Notes: generated by a model from the sequence alone, not told the origin. DNA of 64,000 nucleotides from a virus (IMGVR_UViG_3300032030_000007:96001-160000); one strand, 5' to 3'. Shown: positions 28,830 through 39,171, numbered from the stretch's first letter. A program made the numbers and translations.

Positions 28830-30467
28830 ATGACTACCTTTTTAAATTTTTTAGAAAGAAGACAGAAACTTGTTACAGAAAGTTTCAATAATAAAGATAT
28901 AGATAATGCATTTGAGAAAATAGATGCAGTATTAAAGAAACATATTGAAGGACTTATTCCATTAATTGGATATGTTAAAGTTAAACAATCTGATTCTGAA
29001 TATATGTCTAAGCAATATATGATTGTTCCAAAAAAGAATCCAGAAAATGCATCATTATTCCAAATTAACTTTAAACAGTCTGGAGATGATTCAAACGTAT
29101 TTTCTATAGATTTCTTTAAAGACATGGATATACTTTGGACAGGTAAAGCAAAAGCAAATCTTACGATTTATACAATGGGTAGTTCTATAGTATATTTCTT
29201 ACCTATCATTTGGACTGTTGTAAATACTGGTGATTATAATCTTTCTGAACGTGAAGCTTTAGATTTAGGAAGAAAAATATTTAAAGATGAAAAGATTAAA
29301 GAAGGTTTAATATATAGAGGAACATTAACATACCGTATTTTTGAAAATCTTTCTTCAAATATTATTAATGATGTATTTGAATTAAACATAGCAAATACTA
29401 TATTTAATAATCAACAAACAATACAAGAAATGGAAGACGACGTAAGAGATTACAAGAATCGAAAAATTAAGGATCTTGAGCATAAGCGTGCGCATAAGAA
29501 TGATTCTCCAGAAGCAAAAAACGCTTGGAAACAAGCTGTAGAAGATATTAAAGATATTGATAAAGCTATTCGTGGCGGTGCTAATACTTTACAAGAACTT
29601 AGATTAGCATTAAAACATAATTTATCAGTTTCAATGGAAATTGATAAAGAATTAGAAAAAGCTCAAAAGCAATTTGAAGAGGAACGTGATGATCCTGAAA
29701 TGGTGTTCAAGAAAATGAACAAATATGTTAAAATGGTTATCAAAGGAATTAACCCATCAGTTATATTATGCGGTGCTCCTGGTGTTGGTAAGACATATAA
29801 TGTAAAGAAACAACTTAAAGCTGCTGGATATAATGAAGGACATAATCTTATTACAATAAAAGGCAAATGTACTGCAAGAGTATTATATCTTACTTTACAT
29901 GAATATAAAGATAAAGGAAACATCGTATTAATTGATGATGCTGATGGATTAGTTGGCCCTGGTGCTTCAGAAGACTGTATTAATATTCTTAAAGCTGCAT
30001 TGGATTCTACTTCTGATGATGAAGGACGTTTAGTAAGTTATGGCGTAAGTGGTCCTCTTAAGGATGACGAAGGAACACCTATGGAAAAACGTTTCTATTA
30101 TAACGGTGGAATTATCGTTATTACAAACTATCAGGCAGGTTCGCTTGATACTGCATTAAGAGGACGATCATTCGTACAGGATATCAAATTTACCACTGAA
30201 GAACTTTTGGATATCATTAAGAAACTTATGCCAGCGATTGATCCTGAGCATCTTTCACCAAAATCAAAGATTAAGGCATATGATTATCTTGTAGAACTTT
30301 CAAATGCTGATGCTGAAATGGAAGTATCAATCCGTACATTCGGAATATGTGCAAAGATATTTGAAACTGCTGCAGGTGATCCTGATTTTACTGATGATGA
30401 TGCTAAATCAATGATTAAAGAACAAATGAAACTTCAGGCTCAAAGATTGAAAAGAAAGAAATATTAA
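28830..30467 (+). CDS. AAA+ ATPase with a long N-terminal extension
   Basis: Walker A GAPGVGKT, Walker B VLIDDAD, sensor ITN, Arg finger ALRGR. Confidence 0.85.
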   Translation: MTTFLNFLERRQKLVTESFNNKDIDNAFEKIDAVLKKHIEGLIPLIGYVKVKQSDSEYMSKQYMIVPKKNPENASLFQINFKQSGDDSNVFSIDFFKDMDILWTGKAKANLTIYTMGSSIVYFLPIIWTVVNTGDYNLSEREALDLGRKIFKDEKIKEGLIYRGTLTYRIFENLSSNIINDVFELNIANTIFNNQQTIQEMEDDVRDYKNRKIKDLEHKRAHKNDSPEAKNAWKQAVEDIKDIDKAIRGGANTLQELRLALKHNLSVSMEIDKELEKAQKQFEEERDDPEMVFKKMNKYVKMVIKGINPSVILCGAPGVGKTYNVKKQLKAAGYNEGHNLITIKGKCTARVLYLTLHEYKDKGNIVLIDDADGLVGPGASEDCINILKAALDSTSDDEGRLVSYGVSGPLKDDEGTPMEKRFYYNGGIIVITNYQAGSLDTALRGRSFVQDIKFTTEELLDIIKKLMPAIDPEHLSPKSKIKAYDYLVELSNADAEMEVSIRTFGICAKIFETAAGDPDFTDDDAKSMIKEQMKLQAQRLKRKKY

Positions 30468-30490
30468 TATTATTAAGATATATTTCATAG

Positions 30491-30517
30491 AAGATAGGTT
30501 ATTAATTAACCTATCTT
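30491..30517 (+). terminator. intrinsic terminator
   Basis: aagataggtta-ttaat-taacctatctt followed by a T-tract. Confidence 0.75.
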
Positions 30518-30553
30518 TTTTATTATTATATATATTTATTGAATTAAATTATA

Positions 30554-30937
30554 ATGAAAAGTATCTACGATATTATAAATGAAAGCAAATCAATAGATTC
30601 AGGATTATTAGAATTTAAAGATGGTTCTGATAGCGTTGTATCTATGATAGTAAAACGTATGGAAATATGGGATGCAAATAAAACTCCTACATCAAGACTT
30701 CCAATGTTTTTAGTAAGTGAAAATCATGAAGCAATAAGATGGGTACAAAAGAAATATCTTACAACACCTAAAGACAGTGGAGAGACTGTTGAAACTTATG
30801 ATGGATATTTCAAAGAATATCTTATGAAGAAAAATACTCCAAATGATTGTTATATAATTGGTGTATTTGTAGATAGATGCTTCATACCAATTATCAATAA
30901 AGAAACATATGACAATATAATTGAAAAGATTTCTTAA
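30554..30937 (+). CDS. putative internal head protein
   Basis: N-terminus MKSIYDIINES. Confidence 0.65.
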   Translation: MKSIYDIINESKSIDSGLLEFKDGSDSVVSMIVKRMEIWDANKTPTSRLPMFLVSENHEAIRWVQKKYLTTPKDSGETVETYDGYFKEYLMKKNTPNDCYIIGVFVDRCFIPIINKETYDNIIEKIS

Positions 30938-30940
30938 TAT

Positions 30941-31096
30941 ATGAAAATCCAATTCTTAACAGATAGAATAGGATTTAATATTATAGATGGCGGTAAAATA
31001 TTAGAAACTAGAATATTTAACGATGAAAAAGATATGTATAATTTTTTATACATAAAAATGCATGCAAGAGAATATATAGATTTTTTAGAAATATGA
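30941..31096 (+). CDS. small hypothetical protein (51 aa; not in the ORF track)
   Basis: MKIQFLTDRIGF...YIDFLEI; fills the gap and ends in an ATGA overlap. Confidence 0.55.
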   Translation: MKIQFLTDRIGFNIIDGGKILETRIFNDEKDMYNFLYIKMHAREYIDFLEI

Positions 31097-31380
31097 AAAC
31101 TATTTCAGAACAAGAAAATAAACAAGAAACAATAAATGAATCTTTAGCATATGAAGAAATCATTCAAAAACTTAATGAAGCTAAAGAAAACAATACTCCT
31201 ATTGAAGAAGGATTACTTGGCGCAATAGGTGGAGTTATTCTCGGTACAACAATTGGACCTAAACTTGGTGCTGCAATATGTAAAGCTTTAGGATGTGATC
31301 CAAAAGGAACATTCGGATCTTTATTGACATCTAAGTTAGTTATGGCGAGTATTTGTGGAACAATGGGTTGGAAAATGTGA
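31093..31380 (+). CDS. small glycine-zipper membrane protein with an acidic leader
   Basis: INES and IEE sites followed by GLLGAIGGVILGTTIGPKLG. Confidence 0.7.
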   Translation: MKTISEQENKQETINESLAYEEIIQKLNEAKENNTPIEEGLLGAIGGVILGTTIGPKLGAAICKALGCDPKGTFGSLLTSKLVMASICGTMGWKM

Positions 31381-31512
31381 TAAATATTATAATTTTTATT
31401 AATCAAATAGAATTTTAATTATTATTAAATAAATAATAAATGATATAAAAGTAATATAACAAATCATTTTGTTATAAATTAAAGATATAAAAATATAACA
31501 AATATATAAAGT

Positions 31513-32799
31513 ATGAGCGAAAAATTATTGACAAACCTTAACTTTGCCGAACTTATATCTAAGAATGAAGCAATAACTGAGGCAGGTAAGGAAATGCTTA
31601 AGGGATACCGCGGATATTGCTATGGTAATCCAGTTTCATGTTCTTTGGTAAACAACTTTGTCGCTGAAGCTTCAAAGTACGGCTTTGATACAGGTTTAAC
31701 CAATATTTTAGAATCTGTTAACAACTTCATCAAAGAAAATAACATATCATGGAAATTGGCATCTGCATGTGAAAGCATATCTGCAAATAATTCAACATAT
31801 AACTATATCAATAAGATTGGTGTATCTCAGGTTGAAAATCTTTTAGAAATGAACGAAGCTGAAGTAGTTAGCTATATTAAGGCAGGTGCATTAAAGAACA
31901 TTCAGTATATACCTGAATTCCGTACAATATGTAAAGAAGTTTATAAGACACAGGTTACTGAAGCTCAAGCAGTTAATTACAACGTAGTAAATCCAATTAG
32001 TTATGTATATGAAAATGCTGAAACTAAGGATAAGTATTTCAAGGCTATGGGTAACATCTTCAAGATTGGTGAAAGTAAAGTAGAAATGGTTAAAGAATGT
32101 GAAGATGAAAAATTCAATCACATTAACTCTTTACTTGAAAGCTTTGGAAGAAATGGTGATAATATTTACTATGAATATAAAGGTGGTCGTGGAATTTATC
32201 ATTTTGAAATTTCTGAATCAAATCTTGAATTCACAGCTCCTAATATTACAGAAAAATTTGAAGATCATATAAAGTTCCGTGAATATTGCAATAACTTATC
32301 AAAGGTTATGCCTGTAGCTGAAAAACTTCATTTTATGAAAGTATCTACAGCCATAGCTGATGTATTTGAAAATTGTGAAAATATAATGATGATTGATACT
32401 TGCAAGATTCTTAACACAAATAATGGAACTACTTGTGCAATAATTGAAGGTAAAGATCAAGTTAATTTGACAGTATTTAATTCAGTTCACTCTGGATCAT
32501 TCACAAAGAATTATGATTATGTAGTTGAAGCATTAAATGAAGTAATTAAGTTGTCAGGAATTGATTTAAGATCAATGTTTGAAAATAGAATCAATGAAGA
32601 TTGTAAGAAAGCTAAACCAGAAGAAGATGCAATTAGAGAACAACTTGAAGCTAATAAGGAAGCACAATATGCAATTCGTAAGAAGAAGATAGCAATGCTT
32701 GCAGAACAATATCGTAATGATCCTGTAAGAATCGCTCTTTTGAATAAAGTTGCTCAAGATCTTGCAATACTTGAAAAGAAAGAAGAAAAGAAAGATTAA
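31513..32799 (+). CDS. putative head core/structural protein
   Basis: 428-aa ORF on the late strand with many I/L-x-E sites; no family recognised. Confidence 0.55.
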   Translation: MSEKLLTNLNFAELISKNEAITEAGKEMLKGYRGYCYGNPVSCSLVNNFVAEASKYGFDTGLTNILESVNNFIKENNISWKLASACESISANNSTYNYINKIGVSQVENLLEMNEAEVVSYIKAGALKNIQYIPEFRTICKEVYKTQVTEAQAVNYNVVNPISYVYENAETKDKYFKAMGNIFKIGESKVEMVKECEDEKFNHINSLLESFGRNGDNIYYEYKGGRGIYHFEISESNLEFTAPNITEKFEDHIKFREYCNNLSKVMPVAEKLHFMKVSTAIADVFENCENIMMIDTCKILNTNNGTTCAIIEGKDQVNLTVFNSVHSGSFTKNYDYVVEALNEVIKLSGIDLRSMFENRINEDCKKAKPEEDAIREQLEANKEAQYAIRKKKIAMLAEQYRNDPVRIALLNKVAQDLAILEKKEEKKD

Positions 32800-32822
32800 T
32801 AATTGATATAATTTGAAATAAT

Positions 32823-32848
32823 AAAGGAGAACTTAATCGTTCTCCTTT
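32823..32848. terminator. bidirectional terminator overlapping the RuvC-like stop
   Basis: aaaggagaac-ttaatc-gttctccttt. Confidence 0.7.
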
Positions 32849-33510
32849 TTGTTTTCTTCTAAATTATCAAGATATATTTGTCTAGCATATTTAGCCATGA
32901 AATAAGCATCAGCGATATCGTCTACTTTAGGTAATGATTTTGATAATTCTGGTTGAATCATCTTAAACATTTCAATAATCATTTCCTTTTTACAGTTTCC
33001 AATTCCTGTCGCGAATTTTTTTATATGAGTTGGGGGAGATATAAAGAATCTTATTTCTTCATTCTTTATAAATTCTCTTCTTATCATATAATTAAGACCT
33101 GCCAAATCAAACACAGATTTCGTTCTTATTGATGATCCATAACTAATTCCTTCTTGTACTATATATAATGTATAAGATGTTCTTCCTTGAATATTATCGT
33201 ATATGCATTCTTTAATAGTGTCAACAATATTTATCATATTAATAGTCTTCCAATATTCAGAAAATAAATTATTGTAAATATGGGAATTTCCAATATTCAC
33301 ATTATTGTCTTTATATATATCTAAATCTGTTTTTTTATATAAGATATAATCAAAATTAATTAAAGTATCTTGTATAGACTGTTCTTTTTTAGTCAACTTA
33401 TTTGGCTTAATAATATAATACATATCTTTAACTAATTTATCTTCTTCATAAAATAACATGCATATACCTGTACTATTCAAAGATGGATCAATTCCTACAA
33501 AAATTTCCAC
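32833..33510 (-). CDS. RuvC-like Holliday junction resolvase
   Basis: VGIDPSLNSTG, QEG, IKKFATGIGN and DDIADA acidic catalytic motifs. Confidence 0.85.
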   Translation of the reverse strand: MEIFVGIDPSLNSTGICMLFYEEDKLVKDMYYIIKPNKLTKKEQSIQDTLINFDYILYKKTDLDIYKDNNVNIGNSHIYNNLFSEYWKTINMINIVDTIKECIYDNIQGRTSYTLYIVQEGISYGSSIRTKSVFDLAGLNYMIRREFIKNEEIRFFISPPTHIKKFATGIGNCKKEMIIEMFKMIQPELSKSLPKVDDIADAYFMAKYARQIYLDNLEENKKEND

Positions 33511-33656
33511 GTTAATATATTAATATTTTTATAAATAATAATTGTTTGTGGATAATATATTAATATAGATATTAATTAAAAAATATTAACATTTATTATA
33601 TAATTATTTTTAAATATAATACATTAAATCAATTATAAATTTATTAAGAAATATAT

Positions 33657-36600
33657 ATGAGACATTTAAAAGAATTTAACTCTTTAAGTGAATTACAAAC
33701 TTTTTATGAAGGTGATTCAATTGCACAACCTAATGTTTTTTCTATTAACGGAGAAAACTTTGAATATAATGACAATGAATTAGTTTGTATATATGAAAAG
33801 GATGATACAGATAATTCAACATTATGGACATCTTTTAATGATCTTACAAATTTATTAGAATATGTCATTATAGATGGTGAAAAATGGAATGATGTTACAA
33901 GTCCTGCACCTGCGTCTGTTTTAACAGAAGGTAAACATATTGTTAAGTTTAAATTTAAAAATTATAATACTTCAGCACCATTCTTATATAATAAACATAT
34001 AAGACATGCTCATTTACCAAGTGATATGACTGTACTATCAGATAATTTCTTTTTAAATTGTTCAAATTTACAATCTGTTTCTTTACCTGAATCATTAACA
34101 ACAATTAGTAGTGCAGCTTTATCTAACTGTTCATCATTAAGACGTTTAGAAATTCCAAAATTAGTAACTAGTATAGGTGCTGGAGCTATATCTGGTCTTA
34201 AATTAAAAGAATTAATATTGAATAATTCTAATTGGAATATAAGTAATGATAGTAGTTTTGAAAGTGCAATAGCTAGTACAACAACTACAGAAAAAATAGT
34301 ATTTGCCGAAGGTTTTACATATATTCCACGAATGCAAAATATGGGTATTAAAGAAATAGTGATACCTTCTACAATTGAAGTAATTACTTCAAGTCAACCA
34401 TTTAATGGTAATAATATAACTAAGATTGATTTATCTCATACGCAAATAACTCATATTAATAATGGAACATTTGCAAGTTTTTCAACATTAACTGAAATTA
34501 AATTACCTAAAAAATTAACATTTATTGGTGATGCATTTGATGGATGTACATCATTAGGATATGTAGAAAATGGTATTAGATATTTGAATGATGAAAACTT
34601 AGGATTAGTTCCAATAAATGTAGAAGATTCTTTAACTTCATATTCTATAAAAAATGGAGTTAAACGTATATATGGAAATTTGTTTAACAATGAATCTACA
34701 GTAGAAATTGAATTACCTAATTCATTAGAATATATTGGAGATACTGCATTTAATGGCTGTACTGCATTAGAAAACATAATAATTCCAAATTCTGTTAAAC
34801 ATATTGGAGATAATGCATTTAAAAATTGTACATCAATTAAATCAATTACAATTCCAAATTCTTTAGAATCAATTGGTTCAACTCCATTATATGGAACTGC
34901 TTTAGAATCTTTAGTAATTAATAGTAATTTAGTTACTAATATAATGAATTTAACTGCTGGAGATGCACGTACGACATTAAAGAATATTATAATTGGTACA
35001 GATGCATTAGATTCAACAGGACATATGCAATCTAGTTTATTTAGTGGATTAGGAGCTTTAGAATATGTTACATTCCCAGAAGGTTTAGTTGAAATACCTA
35101 GTTTAGCTGGTTGTTATAGTTTAAAAGAACTTATTGCACCATCAACAGTTTTATCTATTAATAATATGGGGGGATGTTCAGCATTAACTAAAGTTGATTT
35201 ATCTACAACAAGTATGACATCATTTGGTCCTAATGCAGGATTTGGTGGTTGTTCATCATTAGAAGATGTTAGATTACCTAATACACTTACAGAAATTGGT
35301 AATCTTGACAGCACTCATGGTATATTTGCATCAACAGGATTAACATCAATAACATTACCTAATTCAATTACAACTATTGGTAATTATGCATTTACAGGGT
35401 GTGGGAAATTAGAATCTATTAATATTCCTACATCATTAACTTCATTAGGAAAGAATGCTTTTGCTGGAACAAAACTTGGATATGTTGAAGATGGTGTTAC
35501 ATATTTTGATATTAATGAAACAATAGGTAGTATTGCAATTAATTATGATTATTCTAATTTAACATCTTTAACAATTAAAAATACTGTTAAAAGTTTTGAT
35601 AATATATATTTTAATTTTAATTCTTTAACATCATTAACATTATTAGGTAGTTTTACAAGTATTCCTCAAAATCAATTTAAAGAACATGTTAAACTTCAAA
35701 CAATTAATTTACCAAATACAGTAACGACAATTTATGATAAAGCATTTATGAATTGCGTATCATTAGAAAATATAAATATTGATAATAATATTATATCAAT
35801 TGGAAATAATTCATTTAAATCATGTAAATCATTATCAAATACTGCAAGAACAAATATATTAGCAATTAATCAATATTGTGAAATTGATAAATATATTTAT
35901 GGGGAATATATGTATGCAAATTCTGAAGGATATAAAATTGTAACTGATGAAGTTAAAGATCAATATTCTGAATGGACACCTATTGGATTTTGTATTACAT
36001 CAACTGGTTTTTTTGGACCTAATGAAAAAGCTAGATTTATGTCATTAAAATATATGAGTAGAAGTAATCCAGATTCAGGAGTTTCATATGTAGATAGTAC
36101 AAATGGTGTAATGTCTTATGGTAATAAATTTGTTGATATATCAACACTTAATAATTTACAAACACAATCATTAACTGGTGCAAATACATTTTATAGTGGT
36201 GCATCAAACCATTTGCCATCAATATTTGGAGAAAACGGTTATAACTATGAACAATTGGGAGAAGCTGGACAATATGCTTTAACAGATATTGACGGTAAGG
36301 GTAATACAACTAAACTTTTGGCAACTGTTACTGGACAACCTAATTGGCAAACAGATTCTACAATTGTAAATGAATATGCAGAAGGTTATGCATCTGCAGC
36401 ATGTTGTTGTGCTCGTTATCATACATTAGGTACTCAAGCTGGTGATTGGTATCTTGGTGCTTTAGGTGAATATTCAAAAATTATACAGGATGGAAATTCT
36501 ACTGATTTTAGTAATCGTTTAAAAACAATATATAATAAATTTGGTAGTATAACAATGAATGGTGTAACATCATCAAATTATTTATGGACTTCAACAGAAT

Positions 36601-36710
36601 ATAATGATGAAAAGGCATATAGATATAAAACACGATACTCTGATTCTGAACAAATACAAGCATATTCTAAAGGCGGAAATGGATATGTAATAGCATTATT
36701 ACAATACTAA
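33657..36710 (+). CDS. BspA-like leucine-rich repeat protein with a C-terminal C-type-lectin-like (DUF1566/Lcl-type) domain; probable virion adhesin
   Basis: Many LPxSLTxIGxxAFxGCxxL repeats; C-terminal DWYLGALGE...YLWTSTEY...VIALL. Confidence 0.85.
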   Translation: MRHLKEFNSLSELQTFYEGDSIAQPNVFSINGENFEYNDNELVCIYEKDDTDNSTLWTSFNDLTNLLEYVIIDGEKWNDVTSPAPASVLTEGKHIVKFKFKNYNTSAPFLYNKHIRHAHLPSDMTVLSDNFFLNCSNLQSVSLPESLTTISSAALSNCSSLRRLEIPKLVTSIGAGAISGLKLKELILNNSNWNISNDSSFESAIASTTTTEKIVFAEGFTYIPRMQNMGIKEIVIPSTIEVITSSQPFNGNNITKIDLSHTQITHINNGTFASFSTLTEIKLPKKLTFIGDAFDGCTSLGYVENGIRYLNDENLGLVPINVEDSLTSYSIKNGVKRIYGNLFNNESTVEIELPNSLEYIGDTAFNGCTALENIIIPNSVKHIGDNAFKNCTSIKSITIPNSLESIGSTPLYGTALESLVINSNLVTNIMNLTAGDARTTLKNIIIGTDALDSTGHMQSSLFSGLGALEYVTFPEGLVEIPSLAGCYSLKELIAPSTVLSINNMGGCSALTKVDLSTTSMTSFGPNAGFGGCSSLEDVRLPNTLTEIGNLDSTHGIFASTGLTSITLPNSITTIGNYAFTGCGKLESINIPTSLTSLGKNAFAGTKLGYVEDGVTYFDINETIGSIAINYDYSNLTSLTIKNTVKSFDNIYFNFNSLTSLTLLGSFTSIPQNQFKEHVKLQTINLPNTVTTIYDKAFMNCVSLENINIDNNIISIGNNSFKSCKSLSNTARTNILAINQYCEIDKYIYGEYMYANSEGYKIVTDEVKDQYSEWTPIGFCITSTGFFGPNEKARFMSLKYMSRSNPDSGVSYVDSTNGVMSYGNKFVDISTLNNLQTQSLTGANTFYSGASNHLPSIFGENGYNYEQLGEAGQYALTDIDGKGNTTKLLATVTGQPNWQTDSTIVNEYAEGYASAACCCARYHTLGTQAGDWYLGALGEYSKIIQDGNSTDFSNRLKTIYNKFGSITMNGVTSSNYLWTSTEYNDEKAYRYKTRYSDSEQIQAYSKGGNGYVIALLQY

Positions 36711-36717
36711 ATCATAT

Positions 36718-36832
36718 AAAGCTTAGAATCATTTCTAAGCTTTTAGATGCGGTATACTATATTTTTAATTAAATTATATTATTTAATATCAATGAGGATG
36801 CTAGAAGCTTTCTATAGCTATCTAGTATCCTC
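36718..36832. repeat. paired inverted repeats between convergent genes
   Basis: 11-bp IR at 36718-36743 and a 12-bp-stem hairpin at 36794-36832. Confidence 0.6.
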
Positions 36833-36873
36833 TACGACTATTCTTTGTTATTTAAAATATTTTACAGATTTAA

Positions 36874-37260
36874 TTATTTTTCTAAATCAATTAAATTTCC
36901 TTTAATATTTAATCCATGCCATATTATTTCCCATTGTGCTTTTGACCTGGCTCTTGTTTCAGTTTCACAATATACATTCATAAATATTTTTGTTAACATA
37001 TCTTCATATTCAACTGCTTGTTTATGAGTCCAATAGTTTTTATACATCCATCTATTGTCTTCTTTAATCATTTTGATAATCTGTGAATTTCGTTTAGATT
37101 TATAACCTGCATATCTAAACATACCAATGATAATAGAATACAATAAACTTGGAGTATCAAATATATTACTTAAGTCGGATTCTGTAAGTTCTTCATTAAT
37201 TAGATACTCAATTGGATAGATCTTTACTCCTTGAACTGTTGTAAATTTTATTTTACTCAT
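36874..37260 (-). CDS. hypothetical protein
   Basis: ORF in array. Confidence 0.7.
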   Translation of the reverse strand: MSKIKFTTVQGVKIYPIEYLINEELTESDLSNIFDTPSLLYSIIIGMFRYAGYKSKRNSQIIKMIKEDNRWMYKNYWTHKQAVEYEDMLTKIFMNVYCETETRARSKAQWEIIWHGLNIKGNLIDLEK

Positions 37261-37263
37261 ATC

Positions 37264-37743
37264 TTAATATTTATATTTCCAACGAATATGATACTCAATA
37301 CGATTAATATCAGTAGCTAATTCTTTACTATCAATTAATTTTTTTTCAAATTTAAGTTTATTTTCTCCTAACCATTTTTCATAATAATTTCTATCATTAT
37401 GAATTTCTTCACAAACTAAAATTATGTCATACCAGCATTGTCCCTTGAATGCTAAGTTTCTCATATCAGCTTGCATCTTATTCAATGTTTCACTTCTTAA
37501 TAATTGCCATTCTTTATATCTTTTATTATAGCATTCATCATAAAGCTTATCTAATTCTGTACATAATTTATATGATTGATTTTCATCATTATATAAATGA
37601 TCTCTATATTCTATTTTTCCACATTTTTTACATTTCCATATAGATCGTTTACCATTACAATAATTTATTTGATCTCCATAAATATTTGCAACAAACTTCC
37701 AATTATGATCACATTTTTTAAATAATCTTTTAAACCAATTCAT
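37264..37743 (-). CDS. hypothetical protein with an N-terminal Zn-ribbon (DUF1660-like)
   Basis: CDHNW...CKKCGK. Confidence 0.7.
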   Translation of the reverse strand: MNWFKRLFKKCDHNWKFVANIYGDQINYCNGKRSIWKCKKCGKIEYRDHLYNDENQSYKLCTELDKLYDECYNKRYKEWQLLRSETLNKMQADMRNLAFKGQCWYDIILVCEEIHNDRNYYEKWLGENKLKFEKKLIDSKELATDINRIEYHIRWKYKY

Positions 37744-37746
37744 ATT

Positions 37747-37995
37747 TTAACTAATTATTATTTTACCAGTAAATGCACCAATTAATAAATTTATAAATAT
37801 TACCAACCATATCATATTATCAAAAAATCTTTCTATATGTTCGTCCTTTACATATTTTTCAGGATCTTTATTAATATATTCAACAGCCATTTTTGTAGCT
37901 TCTTTATAAAAAACAATAATCAAATGTCCTATACTTAAGAATATGATTCGTGCTGTTAATATAATTAATACAATCTTTATTATTGTTAATGTCAT
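37747..37995 (-). CDS. small membrane protein
   Basis: Two transmembrane segments. Confidence 0.65.
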   Translation of the reverse strand: MTLTIIKIVLIILTARIIFLSIGHLIIVFYKEATKMAVEYINKDPEKYVKDEHIERFFDNMIWLVIFINLLIGAFTGKIIIS

Positions 37996-37997
37996 AG

Positions 37998-38585
37998 TTA
38001 AATTTTATAAGGTTTAAACCAATCTATTTTATTAAATGATTTTCTAAAATTATTTGAGAACACAGATTCATTAGGATCAATATCTAAATCCTTTTCTAAC
38101 TGTTGCTTTAATTGATTATATTGAGTCATCTGCGCATTATATAACGCTTTTGATTCATCCTGTAGTCTGCATATCATATTTCCTGTATAAGAATCAGGAT
38201 TAATCAAATACCAATCACAATAAAGACTTATACATGAATCAAAATCATTAATTCCTTTAAGAGCCATTACTCTTAAATCAATACATTGTATCTTATTTCC
38301 TTGTTCATCAAATTCATAAAGAATTCCATCTGATGTATAATCTGATTTTTTTATATACCGTAAACCTGCATCATTATACATATGATTTGCTTTAAGGCCT
38401 GCTATTATATGCTGAGAATTTTCATTCAATTGATCATATGTAAATCCAAATGAAAAATATGAATTTACTGTATTCTTATCTAATTCTTTTATGTTAAATG
38501 ATAACTGATTAAATCTTAATACAGTTTTAGTATCATTTACATAAAGTTCATATTGTTTATCTATTTCAGTATTTATTGTATTCAT
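37998..38585 (-). CDS. hypothetical protein
   Basis: ORF in array. Confidence 0.75.
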   Translation of the reverse strand: MNTINTEIDKQYELYVNDTKTVLRFNQLSFNIKELDKNTVNSYFSFGFTYDQLNENSQHIIAGLKANHMYNDAGLRYIKKSDYTSDGILYEFDEQGNKIQCIDLRVMALKGINDFDSCISLYCDWYLINPDSYTGNMICRLQDESKALYNAQMTQYNQLKQQLEKDLDIDPNESVFSNNFRKSFNKIDWFKPYKI

Positions 38586-38589
38586 AACT

Positions 38590-39171
38590 TTATATTAGGC
38601 TTAATTTATTGATACCATCATATTCAACAGGATCTGGAGAAATAATCAAATGTCCATCTTTATCATAATAAGCATGTGTTTCGTGCCATTTTTTAGATTC
38701 TTCTGGAGTCATTGCTTTAGTTCCTTCAATATGTGCACCTATTGTAGCATCAGCAACTTTACAAATAATATCAATTTTCTGTTTAGTCAATTCATCTGCT
38801 AATAACTCTTGTATTGATTTTTCATTATCATAATAAAAATGTTGTCTGTCAATATGAAGATCATTATCTAAGGCACCACCAATCAATAGACGTCTAAGAT
38901 TATGGCCATGACGAAGTTCCTTACCATTTACAGTTGACATACCAACATAAAATTTTTTGCATGCTCCTTTATATCCTATTAAAATAGTATATCCAAGATC
39001 TTCTAAATCAAAAGATAAATGTCCTATATCATATGTTATTATATGCGATACATTATTTTTAATTGCTTCTTCAGTATCATAATATGAATAGCATTCTATA
39101 TATCTATCTCTATCATATCCTTTATATAAATTAAAGGAATCTAATACAAATATAATTATTTTCTTATACAT
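38590..39171 (-). CDS. hypothetical protein
   Basis: ORF in array. Confidence 0.75.
   Translation of the reverse strand: MYKKIIIFVLDSFNLYKGYDRDRYIECYSYYDTEEAIKNNVSHIITYDIGHLSFDLEDLGYTILIGYKGACKKFYVGMSTVNGKELRHGHNLRRLLIGGALDNDLHIDRQHFYYDNEKSIQELLADELTKQKIDIICKVADATIGAHIEGTKAMTPEESKKWHETHAYYDKDGHLIISPDPVEYDGINKLSLI

Noticed and set aside
33657-36850. Complete diversity-generating retroelement
   Set aside because: No reverse transcriptase or template repeat was found in the window
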